From: Schizochytrium sp. TIO01
Taxonomy: Eukaryota; Protista; Bigyra: Labyrinthulomycetes
Length of the DNA: 64,000 nt
Assembly: GCA_004764695.1 (NCBI GenBank)
Contig: SMSO01000031.1
Span: 4,750,436 to 4,814,435 of the forward strand
Direction: 5' to 3'
The notes beneath the pieces are model-generated. The model was not told the DNA's origin and ran no database searches. It worked only from the letters and a program-made list of their open reading frames with translations. How positions within the stretch are numbered: the first letter of the stretch is position 1; the number at the start of each line of letters is the position of its first letter. Below, piece by piece: positions 38,212 through 49,401 of the stretch. The position numbers and the translations under genes are program-made.

Positions 38212-39705
38212 TACGGAGGTCTGGAGGACCGTCCCGAGCTAATCCCGCTTGTAATATGATGAGTGCAATACGACCCTATTTAATTGCAACTAAATACAGT
38301 ACGAATCAATGCTTACAGATCTACGCGAGGACACCAGCACCCCTCTACAGCGAGATCGCGACGCCCAGCTCCTAGCGGATCTTAACCGACGAGGCTTGAA
38401 AGTACTCTGAAGGAAGGCTTCTGAGTTTTCTGATATTAGAGTTTCCGAAAGCCTCAAAATATTTTCTGAAAGATGCAGGAACGAAGAGAAACAAAACCTG
38501 GGAAGCAACCAAATAACAGAACAATAGGCAATTAAATGAGCTCACGAGTCAATTCGACGAACTAAATGAGCATAAAAGAGAGTTTGCTCGAGCAAACCAG
38601 CACTCGTATCACTGATATAAACCTGAGCGAGAACCTAGAAGCGAGTGAACCCGGTTACGCAAAAATCAATGAAGTTGAACGAACTTGAATGAGACAAAGA
38701 ATGAACTTAAATGAGAGAAACCAAGGAGCTGCGAGGCCTAGTCTGTACGCCCCCCAACCCCGAGTCAGCACCGGTGACTATGCTATTGGCTGGCTGGAGA
38801 CAGGGAACCAGCCTGCAACGGGGCTTACTTGCCTTGCCCTAGATCTATCAGTGCCCACCGCAACTCTCGCCGGGGCAGGGGCGTCGCGGGGCGGGGTTTG
38901 AACTATGGAAGTAAAATCAGTTCGACGAAAGCCTGTGTCGGAATTCCTTTAATGTTTGTCGGAATTCCGTATATATTCTGTGCGGCCTTTTCCGCTCAGG
39001 CCTTTTATATTTAATTTGTGATTTGGTGATCGACGGAATTGTGAATTGGAATTGATGTGATGCGATCGTGGACACCGACTCTCTCCATTGCTCGGGCTAT
39101 TGAAGTATTGAAACGGAATTCGCGTTGTGCCTTTTCGCAAGTGGATTTGAGTGAGCTTCTTTCACAGGAGGCGTCACATGGTCAGAAGAAGCAAATGAGA
39201 CTGTGCAATCAACTTTAAGTGCTGGGTTCCGGGTTCTGCTGTGGCACTCACTGCATCTGCTGGCATCATGCGATTGATTGGTCGGTGTTTTGGGCTGAGA
39301 CGGATCACCTTTCTCTCCATGTGTGGGTGCGCATCTCCTCTCTGCCAATAGGTTGGCTTCCACTGTGCATGCGCAGACACTCAGTTCTTTGATCGCCCCT
39401 GTGCTCTGAGGTGGCTCGAGTTCTCGAGGTAGCCGTACTCGAAGTTCGTGGAGGAGATCCACTTCGTCAGGAAACAATTGCCAAGCACTCGCCAGGCCCT
39501 TGCGCCGCACTCACAACGCGTCTGCCAGCGTGCGATGCACTGTCTCAGGTGTGGGCTTTGCTTGCTTGCTTGCTTGCTTGCTTACGTATTTACGTGCTTA
39601 CGTGCTTACGTGCTTGCTTGCGAAAGGCGCCTTCGCTCAGAACGCCGTCCCGTTTCGCAAAAGCGCTCGCCAGCTTGGTTGGACATGAGCACAAGAACCA
39701 CCAGA

Positions 39706-39787
39706 ATGAATGAATGAATGAGTGAATAAATAAATAAATGAATGAATCAATGAATCAATGAATCAATGAATCAATGAATCAATGAAT
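39706..39787. repeat. (AATG)n/(AATA)n/(ATGAATCA)n compound microsatellite
   Basis: Directly visible. Confidence 0.85.
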
Positions 39788-42771
39788 GTCCATGCGTGTC
39801 TTTCGCCAAATGCACGGAGCCCATATAAATGCTTATTAACCATGCACGTGCAGGCGTGCATATCTATTTCCCTCTTGCAAGATGGCGCAGCAGGTGGTCC
39901 AGCGAAGACTCGCCAACCGTGCTGGCAGAGCGAGAGTGGCTGATCAGCTTCAGGCGGGGAAGTGGAAAGGTCGCGAAGCTGTGCCTTCCAAGGAGAGCGA
40001 GCTCAGAAGATCACAGGACCTGGTAGGAGGAGATGCTAGAAGGAAGTGCACATGTCGAGGATCCAACCTGTGAAAAGGGCAGGAACATGTGGAACGGTAA
40101 CGAATAGTAGTACTCTCCAACCAACTCTATGTTAGTTGGCACGTACTGCTGTTACGCGGGGTTAGTAGGGTGGTGCTCATAAGTAGAGGCGCAGCGGAGC
40201 TCTCCGATCACGACGTCGAGGAGCTCGACTAACTTTTTCAACGGAATGGGCTAGAGCAGAGCAGCGCGATGGCATTCGCCACCTATGGTTCAAAGTTGTT
40301 TGACTTCTCTCGGTATCAGCGGCTGGTCTTTGTGAAACAAAAACACGCACCGCAAGTCTCAAAAGTGTGAACTTGCGGTGCTGGTTGGAGAAGCCTTTGT
40401 GGGGTGCCTGGTTGTCGCTATCTCCACCGTCTACACAGAAAATCTTGCCTTCATGTATATTACAATTACACCTTTGATTAGCTATTTCAAATGAAATATA
40501 GCGTTGTCTTTCGTTATAAATTATATTTACCTACACTACACCAACAACAAAAGGTGCGACTATGCACAATGGTACAGAATCCTCTGACGAGTCTTGAAGA
40601 AAATAAGTCATGCGGGTTTCTATTTCAGGTCTTGGTCGTACAGGTCGCAACGCATAAACTGCTCTTCATATAATCAAGCTAGCTATATATAATCAATATG
40701 CAGCTTAAATATCTGAGATGTAGAGTCCTGAAAACACTTTTGCCTGACCTGGTATGATCCATGGCTCCTCAAAGTGCTGCACATACCGGGGCAGCATGGT
40801 TGCTAAGCTTCAACATCTCATGCGTGGCGTGCCAAAGCTGTAGAGAACTACAGATGCGGGAAGTAAATGTCTACGAAGCAAGTTTTCATTCACAGGATTG
40901 CAATGATGGCGGACTTGTTACTCACTTTTGTGCTTTCATGAACTCATCGCGCTTTCGTTGCAAAACCTGGAATCGGACACGAAACTTCTCTTTGTGATGG
41001 ACAAAACAATAGCACTTCATACTTAAATACTAAGACTTCTTGCAACGTTGTGATAATTGAAAAAGGTTACTATGGAGAGCTCAAAACATGCAGGTCTTTG
41101 AAGCATACACAAAGCAACAGCAAAGCGGATATCGGTTCCTTTCGGTGAGTCTCATTGAGGCAGCTCAAGCAAAACCAGTGCGACATGTTTCACATTTAAA
41201 CAGCGAACATATGTGAACATCCTTGTGTGGAACATTGAGTTTTTGTACAGCCGCTTCATCAATACACATAGTAATAATACTAGGAAGTGTGAATTTGATG
41301 GACTGCTCAATCTATATAAAAAGTTAAAAGCTATACTAGAAGAATTCATAACCTTAAGCAGGGGTCAAATGCGCTGCCACATAACAAATAGTCCACACAG
41401 TGAGAACAGGACTCATCACAGAAAAAAATGAAACGGAACCTTGTTGCTAAAAATACCACTTATATGCAATTTTCAAAAATGAGATTATAGCTAGCTGCTC
41501 GATCGAAGCTAACATTTTCGCATGTTTCAGAGCATTTCTTGTTTGTGCAAAATTGTTCAAGATATGCAGTGTTTTTCTCTTCGAAAAAACCAACGAATGT
41601 CTTTGTTGTTGCAGTAGAAATAAGTGTTTCTAATGCACACAATAAGGTGCTGGGCAGTTCAGTTAAGTTGAACCGAAGTAAATATCACAGTTAAATTACC
41701 ATTTATCAAATTAATATGTAATTTTCATATTGCAAGATTTAAGGCAGGTATCACGGTGACCAGCTTCGTACATCTGTGGAAGCAGCAATACTACACCTCA
41801 ACCTAGGTTTTGACAATTAAGCACAATAAATAATGCGTGATTTTTTTGCTTAGTATTGTATATCTATATAACTGATTTGTGCTGTTTGATGTATGTGGAG
41901 ATATGATTCATCAACTGTTGTTGATAAACTAGCACAAAATCGATGGGACTGCAGGCTTCATGGCCTTGACAGATCTCTACCCAAAACTTCGTAATATATA
42001 TATGTATATGTTTATATGTCTATATTAACCTTGTAGTACCTAGTCTACAGAAGCGTCTTCCTTTCAGCACAGGCTTTCGTAGACAGTTAGAAACTTAAGA
42101 AAAACCAATGAAGATTCTCGGGTTTTATCAACAGACATTCTGGCACCACTGATCAAACGAAGAAAGCATCTGGAACACAAAATAATCAACATTAAGGTAA
42201 GTAGATTTGGAGACATTTATTGTTATGCAACAATGAATGTGGTACTATAATATATTTCAATTACGCACCTGGGTAGCTTTGAATAGAGCAACCAGTACTT
42301 TTAGTTTTAGCCCAAGGGAAAACAATCCAGACCATACTAAAAATTGCAAACAAGCATCTTTTTAAATAGTTGATAGCATTGTAATTTTTACTGTGTAGTG
42401 TTCTGTTCAAGATTCAAAACATGCTAGAATTTAAAATTACTCCTTTTAAAGTAAAAGAGAAGAATTAAAGATAAAAGATAAAATGAGTTTCTTCGATAGC
42501 TATAACATAAGCTGCAAGAAACAATCAGGCGAATCTCTCTTTCTCAAAATTTCAGAGACAAGCCTCTGATTCTCTGTTCAATGTTTTCAATCCAGCACAA
42601 GGCCTGAATTGGAGAAATGAAAATTCGAACGAAATGATAATGATGAATTGGTTCATGCGGAGCCCCTGAGTTCATCCCTGCTCAAAGAGGAATGAATTTA
42701 CACAAAATAGATCAAGACGCAACTGTCTTGCGCAGTACAGACACAATGGGTGTTATTTAATTAAAAGAGGC

Positions 42772-43246
42772 TCATGGAGCACCAGCAGTTTCATCTTGTG
42801 TGGCTGAGGCATCACCTACCCCTGCAGGTGTCAGCTCGGCTTCCATCGTTTGTGTTGTTGGTGGAATATCCAGGCCCTTGGCAACCTCTTGGAGAATCTC
42901 CTCCTTGATAGTCTGCATGTCCTTTCGCAACACGACGTTTGCGTTCCTTCTCCTCAAGCAAATAATTCGCTTTATAGCGCGTATAAAGATCCGGGTTTGA
43001 GTTCTCAAGCTGATCGATGTGATCGAGGAAGTCTACTGGTACACGAAGGCCCTCAAGCTCTGTGCGAAGACCATCCACCTTCTCGAAATGACCAATGAGA
43101 TCATTCACGTGCTGGAACATCTCTTTCTTCGCAGTTCCATGTCCATCATCGTAAAACTCACTCACAAGGCGTGCTGTAGCATCAAGCTCAGTTAGCGTGT
43201 CCTGGATAGCCTTCATTACAGGCTGCGCCTTCTCCGCCGCAGACAT
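42772..43246 (-). CDS. MED10: Mediator complex subunit 10 (Med10/Nut2)-like, with an apparent 1-nt frameshift at ~42923-42925
   Basis: Small helical protein with the Med10-like signature VNDLIGHFEKVD...LRVPVDFLDHID..NSNPDLYT. The Med10-like C-terminal helix (KDMQTIKEEILQEVAKGL) continues in the adjacent frame to the stop at 42772. Confidence 0.7.
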
Positions 43247-44368
43247 GATGTGAGTTAATTATATGAACCAGAAGGAGTTGATAGCGATCTGAGTCTTTGT
43301 AAACAGTTGCTTTGGACAACGTATAAGAAAGAGGTTGAGCCTTTGCGTCGATCGCGAGCGAACTGGAGAGCCCTGGCACTACTTGTGGCCGCTCCTGGAA
43401 CAGCCCTTCTAAAGAGAAGCCTACGCACGCTGTGCCTGAAAGCTTCCGGAATCGGGCAGTCAGCTACCGAAAGAAGCTTGGCTTCGTATGGCGCCACGTC
43501 GCGAGCTCTCTTCTGGCCCTTTGCTCTTCTGGGTTTGCTCTGCTTTTTGCGACATTTGTCTCTGCAAGGAATATGATAGGCAAGATTATATAGGGGTAGT
43601 GCGCTAGCAGTCAGCTATGTCTAGCTAAGACAGTCGCAGCCAGGTAAGGATAGTCGCGTTTCTTGATGAAATTTCATACTTGAGGTCGTATTTCGCAACA
43701 ATCAGAGAGCACTCTGGAATGAACGAATGCTTAGGATTGGCTTTTTAGAAATTAAGTAAAACATATCAATACCTTCGGGAACTTGGTGAATACATCGTAG
43801 GAAGTCGAACATGTTGATGTGAACGGATGCACCTCTAAGAAATTACAAGAGTAGTTTGGCTGAAGTTGATGATGGTGCACTATGCACTTGAAGTGCATAG
43901 TGCATCCCATCGTAATTAAGTATGAGGATTCGTAAATGTCTAGGTGCCCAGACTTTTGATGGTTCAACGTACTTGTCAGTTTTCTAAATGAATTAAATGT
44001 AGGCTGTGGGACTGTCAACTGACGGCTAAACGAGTGACAAGGAATAAATGGTAGGCTCAGCAAAAAGAGAAGGAGAAAGGAAAAGACACAAAAGAGAAGT
44101 TTACGCAGTCTGCACATGCCTAAACAAACTCTCTTTTGCCCCTTGGATATCAACACTAGCTATTCATTGCTTTAAGAAAGTATATATCAAAGAACAACAA
44201 CAAAAAACAAAACATAAGAACACACAGGATAAACAGACCCATTGGTTCTTTCAGATCATGTCAGGGCGGGGCATGCCGATCACGGGAGAAGTGGCGTAAA
44301 AACTTTCTACGTCACAGGAATATTATGCGCATCTAAGCAGATGCAATAATTGGTCAAATGACCCCGCC

Positions 44369-46096
44369 TCACTCGTCAGCTGCGTGACCAGGATTTGAAG
44401 CAAGAAAAGAAGCAAACTTATTCTTACCTGGGGGCTCAACGACAGAAGCCTTTGACTTCTTGCGCGCAGCTTTGGCGTCCTTGGCTTCCTGCTTGGCAGC
44501 TTCCGCAGCTTCCTTGGCTTTGCGTCGCTCATTTTCTTCTGAACGCTTCTGCAGAGACACAGCAAGTTTTGACTTCTGGAAATCATCAACCAATCCAACT
44601 GTGGCTGCTCCGGTGAGATAAATACCACCACCTGCTTGGCGCGCCTGGCGAGCAACCTTTTCTTTGAGCTCCTCCTTCGTCAAAGGTTTAGTAGTACCTT
44701 GGTTTTCATTGTCCGGATTCTCCGGGTCTTCGTGCTCTTCTTCATGAGATTTCTTCTTTGCGCAGCCCTTGATGAGGCCACGACCAAAGCTCAGGACTCC
44801 TCGACCACCCGCAGGCTTCAAGTGAGAAGACGCTTGTTTGTGTACATATTTGGGAGGCTTCTTGTGAGACTTTTTGGCAAGGTTCTCTGCGATCATACTA
44901 TTGAGAGCTTCCCTCTCAGGGTCCCTAGACTTTGAAGAGCGCAGTGAGGCCACCGACTGCTCATACCTATATGAGTCTTCCTCTTCTTCGATTGATTTAG
45001 TCTTGTTAATGTTCGAGCCATCGTTTGCATCGTGGTGATCCTCGATCCGGTCATCCTCAAGATCACTGATAGCAAGGTCCCCATCATGGTCTTCATCTAC
45101 GTGATCATTAACTGCGTCATGCTCTTCTTGCGTGCCCATCATCGATGGCCGTTTTGCAATCGATTTCTTGCGTGAGGCATGCTTGCTGAGAGACACCCGG
45201 CTGAGACTCTTTCTCAAAGATTCCCTAATCTTGCTCAGACGGCCCTTCGGCTTCCCATCTATGCCAGCCCAAATAGATCTAAGATTTTCATAACTGAGAA
45301 TATCACCATCAATAAACTCAAAGTACCGGAGGTCGGCAACCGTAAAGTCGTTGTCTTCTTCAACACCTCTCGAAAGATTTGTAACACTTGGGTTCGAAGA
45401 ACGCTTTGAGGAACTTTTCGAAGAACGCATTGAGGCACGCATCGAAGAACGCATCGAGGAGTGCTTAGATGATTTTGTGGATAAACGCTTTGAGGAGCGC
45501 TTTGAGGAGCGCTTTGAGGAGTGCTTTGAGGACCTTCCGGCTTGTTCGATATCATCACGCGGTTCAAAAACATCATATGGGTCTACGACTGGAAGCTTTT
45601 CGTCGTCACTATCACTTTCTGCCGCAGAGATCATTTCACTACGCAAGTCAATCTCCTCTATGTCATCCATCGCAGCTGCATGATCTTCATCGTCCTCATC
45701 GAGATGATCTTCAAGAACTTCAACGTCAATTGGATCGCCGGCGTGTTCCCGTACGGACTCAATGGCTTTCACCCAGTCAGATGCCTCTTCAGGGCTTGAG
45801 CACAGGACTGAAACATCACGATCATTGTTTGGTGGTGTTGCAGAAGCCTCAAAATGCATGGTGAAGCGAGGGCCAGACAATGTAATGCGGGCAATTTCCG
45901 ACACAGGCAAAGATCTGCGGCTGTTTACATCGTCCTCGTGGCGACAAAGTCGCAGGGAATCTTTGCCCTCATCCAGTGCAAGAAACCTACGATGTTTCAC
46001 AATTCCAAGTTTACCTTGAGTCTGCACGAAACCTGCGTGGACAACGCCATCCTCTGACTCTACCTTGGACTCCACCTTGGATGTTTTTCTTTCCAT
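44369..46096 (-). CDS. PH-domain protein with long acidic and Ser/Lys/Arg-rich disordered tail
   Basis: 575-aa ORF. The N-terminal ~100 aa fits the PH pattern: VVHAGFVQTQGKLGIVKHRRFLAL...LRL...SLPVSEIARI...FTMHF...VLCSSPEEASDWVKAIESV, including the C-terminal Trp helix. Confidence 0.85.
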   Translation of the reverse strand: MERKTSKVESKVESEDGVVHAGFVQTQGKLGIVKHRRFLALDEGKDSLRLCRHEDDVNSRRSLPVSEIARITLSGPRFTMHFEASATPPNNDRDVSVLCSSPEEASDWVKAIESVREHAGDPIDVEVLEDHLDEDDEDHAAAMDDIEEIDLRSEMISAAESDSDDEKLPVVDPYDVFEPRDDIEQAGRSSKHSSKRSSKRSSKRLSTKSSKHSSMRSSMRASMRSSKSSSKRSSNPSVTNLSRGVEEDNDFTVADLRYFEFIDGDILSYENLRSIWAGIDGKPKGRLSKIRESLRKSLSRVSLSKHASRKKSIAKRPSMMGTQEEHDAVNDHVDEDHDGDLAISDLEDDRIEDHHDANDGSNINKTKSIEEEEDSYRYEQSVASLRSSKSRDPEREALNSMIAENLAKKSHKKPPKYVHKQASSHLKPAGGRGVLSFGRGLIKGCAKKKSHEEEHEDPENPDNENQGTTKPLTKEELKEKVARQARQAGGGIYLTGAATVGLVDDFQKSKLAVSLQKRSEENERRKAKEAAEAAKQEAKDAKAARKKSKASVVEPPGKNKFASFLASNPGHAADE

Positions 46097-48493
46097 CTTT
46101 GCAAGCTTTGGGCGCGAATCGATGACAATCCACGTGGGGCTACTGCTTTTGTTGTTTTAAATTAAAGTCCACTCTCACCAATACCGCTTGAACTGCAGGA
46201 AATGTGCAGCGCGTATCTTCACCCTTTCGTGCGGATTCGCCTTGTGAAGTTTTACACTCACAGCAATACAATTTTGCCTTGCAGATATTTTCTGAGTGGA
46301 CTTGCACTACCTATATCGTTTCTAACAGCTTAGTTCTAATAGCCTCGGCACCAGGACGGTTGATTCCCGATACCCCTTAGTTCAAGCTCAATAGGGTCGG
46401 CAATGGGGTGAATTGACGCGAAAGTTAAAAGTCTGAACGTGAGATCTGTGATTACAGATTGAATCAACACTACAAACCCCACAATGATGAATTGCAATCG
46501 ATACCTTTGAAAAGTAGAGTGAATGGCAAGCGAACAAAGAAAGGGACTGTCTTGCGTTGCAGTCAAGACTTTAATGTTCCTCGCTCTGCTAAAGCGATCA
46601 AGCTGGTAGCAACCTCTGTCGTACTAGTGGGTGCAGCTTGCTTCAGTTCGCACTTGGACGAGTTGATTTGCCAAAAACAACAGCAGGCGAACAAGTAAGC
46701 AAGTGAGCAAGCGCCACAGATCCTGCAGGAATACAACAATAACCTCGAAGAGCCCTCGCGTTCTAGGTTTGCGAGCTTCCCAATAAACGATGCCTACAGC
46801 TGTCAACAGCAGAAGGTACTAAAGTAACCAAACTACCTAATTCAAACACAGCACAAACAACTCGGTTGTTGAAAAGCAGGAGAAGTCTTCACGTTGTTTA
46901 CCTGACTGCACGTGCGATCTTCACTTTGCCAGAAGCGCAACGTGTTTGAAAGAACAAAACTTAGCTCGGCCAGCTAGCTAGCAGAACAAGAGCAGAGTTC
47001 GCACCACGCCCTCAGAAGCTGACCGCTGCCTGGAAAACTTCCTGATCTGTATTCTGACAGGCGGTGGCTGCTTGCAACTTCAATGCGGCACGAGGGATTG
47101 ATCGATTCCACGCGTGTCGGAGACTTTCATTTTTCATTTTTCATTTTTTCATTTTAATTAATTAAAAAAAAGTAGAGAAAAAAGACTTTGCTCGTGACTT
47201 TTATGACTTTTGGTTAACTCCTGCTAAGTATTGATACTTTGTTAATTTTAAAAAATTAAATTATAAAAAATGATCATAAGAGAGATCGGCCTTTCAAAAG
47301 AGTGACTGAAAGAATCAGAAGCGGTGCACGGGGCCCAAACCCACGGCACGAATGCAGCGAGCTGCAAGCGAAGCTAAGGTAGGCAAATCAGTTAATAATT
47401 ACCTTCAAACCTATGAGCTACTTGTTACCCTGGTTGGTTAACCCAGCAACCAAGTATGCAAATCATCATGCTTCACGCGCCGATGTTGACGAAGAGGCAG
47501 GGGCCTCGTGCCGTTTTCACTACAATTACTCTGTTTGGAAGGACTTGCCTAGCTACCAATTATAATAGCACTTGTACTAGCAGCTAAAGACCCCTCTCTT
47601 CCTAATGAACTTGCGCACACCTGTCAAAGGGGACCCAAGGTGCACACACTCTTTCGCCTACGGGGGTATATAGTAACTTATCAAGGGTTTCCTATTAACT
47701 CTCTATATTATTCGTAAAAAACAATTCTTCAAGATATCTTCTATTCTTCTAGAAAGACCCCTTAGGGGGTACTTTGAAAGTATGTGATACGCTCTGGCCT
47801 CTAGGTGCACGCGCGCCATATCTCCCATGATCAAAACAATGTGCAATACGCTTTGTCTTGGTCCCGCACCTTCGCACCTCATCTGACTATTTCCATATTA
47901 CCCCCCTGTATTCACGTAGTCCCGTGTTGCCTTTAAGAGGTCTATTAAGAGGTCTATTATTGTGGCGCTGCGTTGCGCCGTATTATGTAAACCCCGATTC
48001 TCTCCTCGGGGAGTGGTGGCTGTGGCGTCTCCGTCTCTTATGAGAAGTGAAGAGTTGAATAAATGTCACTTGTGCGTTCTCTATATTGTACAGTATACAT
48101 CCCGCACAAGTGGGTTATCCGTGGCTGCAAGTGCAGGAGAGAATGAATGGAAGAAGAAGAAGGCTCTGAGGAACACGGAGGAGAACGCCGCCGTGGGAGG
48201 AAGAACGCCAAGGCCAGAGCAAGCAGGCGCGGAAGAGAACAGCGCGGGAAGAGAACGGTCTCCGCTGTCAAGTAGGTGGGGGAATGAATGAACGCGAGGA
48301 CTCTGGAAAAGAACAGCGAGGAGCGAATCGACCAATTGATCAGAGCAGAGAGAACAATAGGGGAAAGCAGGGGAAGAGGGCGGTAGGAGTCGGATAGAGG
48401 AGGGTAGGAGGAGAGGCGAGCAGAGAGAGAGAGCAGCAGACCATTGAGACACAGACATAATCGATTGGAGAGACTCTGTTGTTGTTTGGGACC

Positions 48494-49401
48494 ATGGCAG
48501 CCACCGGCATCGTGCGCGGCCTCAACAAGGGCCACATCGTGGAGAAGCGCCCTGAGGCCTCCGCCTCCCGCCCCTCCCGCCGCGTCGGCGTAAGTTCGCA
48601 GCGACAGCGGGCATGGCATTCGCCGCCATGATGGACATTGGAGCCGCCAGCCACTCACTCGTCACCTTCCTCGTCAGGCTTGTATGTGTTGGCGAACACT
48701 ACATGAAGGAAGAGCTCGCAAGCCTACAGGACTGTCTGGGATCCACGCAGGCGAGCGGGGAGAATCCAGAAGGACACGCAGGCGAGCGAAAAGAGGAATT
48801 TCTACGCGTTGGACGCTGCTTCACTTTTCTTGAATACACATGGCTTATCGTTGTCGCTAGTTTGATCCTTAGTCCCTTCGGCAGAAGCAACTAGCCAGCG
48901 ATCCCCGTTTGACGATGATTTGAATGAAGAGAGACAGCCCTTCTTCAACGTTGAAAAATGCAGGGAGGTCTGTGCGAGGATAGAAACACGCGAATCCAGC
49001 TCGAGAAGACGCTAGAAAGTGGCTTGGTACTTTTATGATCCATTGTCGTGGTAGAATGCATGTCTGCTTATTTGTTTAGCCGGGAAATAGAATCCCGAGA
49101 GGGCATGAAGTTCATGGAGACTAACTAACTGTGTTATTGCTTGAATGTTTGTTTGATGAAAATACAGCGCAAGAGCAAGCGCGTCGGTGCTGTTCGCAAG
49201 ATCATCCGCGAGGTCGCTGGCCTTGCTCCCTACGAGAAGCGTATTATCGATCTTATCAAGCTCATGGGTGGCTCTGCTGACAAGAAGGTGTACAAGGTCG
49301 CAAAGAAGCGCCTCGGATCCCACAGACGTGCTGTTCTCAAGCGCGATGAGATGAAGAACCTCGCCGCTTCCATGCGTGCTCGCGGTAACAAGGCTGAGTA
49401 A
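48494..49401 (+). CDS. RPL36: 60S ribosomal protein L36 (eL36), 2 exons
   Basis: Exon 1 48494-48589 ([19 protein letters not shown]...RPSRRVG). Intron 48590-49167, GTAAGT...ACTAACTAAC...TACAG. Exon 2 49168-49401 ([31 protein letters not shown]...[11 protein letters not shown]). Both GLNKGH and REVAGxAPYEKR are eL36 signatures. Confidence 0.97.

Noticed and set aside
48590-49167. Box C/D snoRNA in the RPL36 intron
   Set aside because: Only imperfect C-box-like motifs, and I found no CTGA D box on the sense strand. An H/ACA RNA cannot be excluded by eye.
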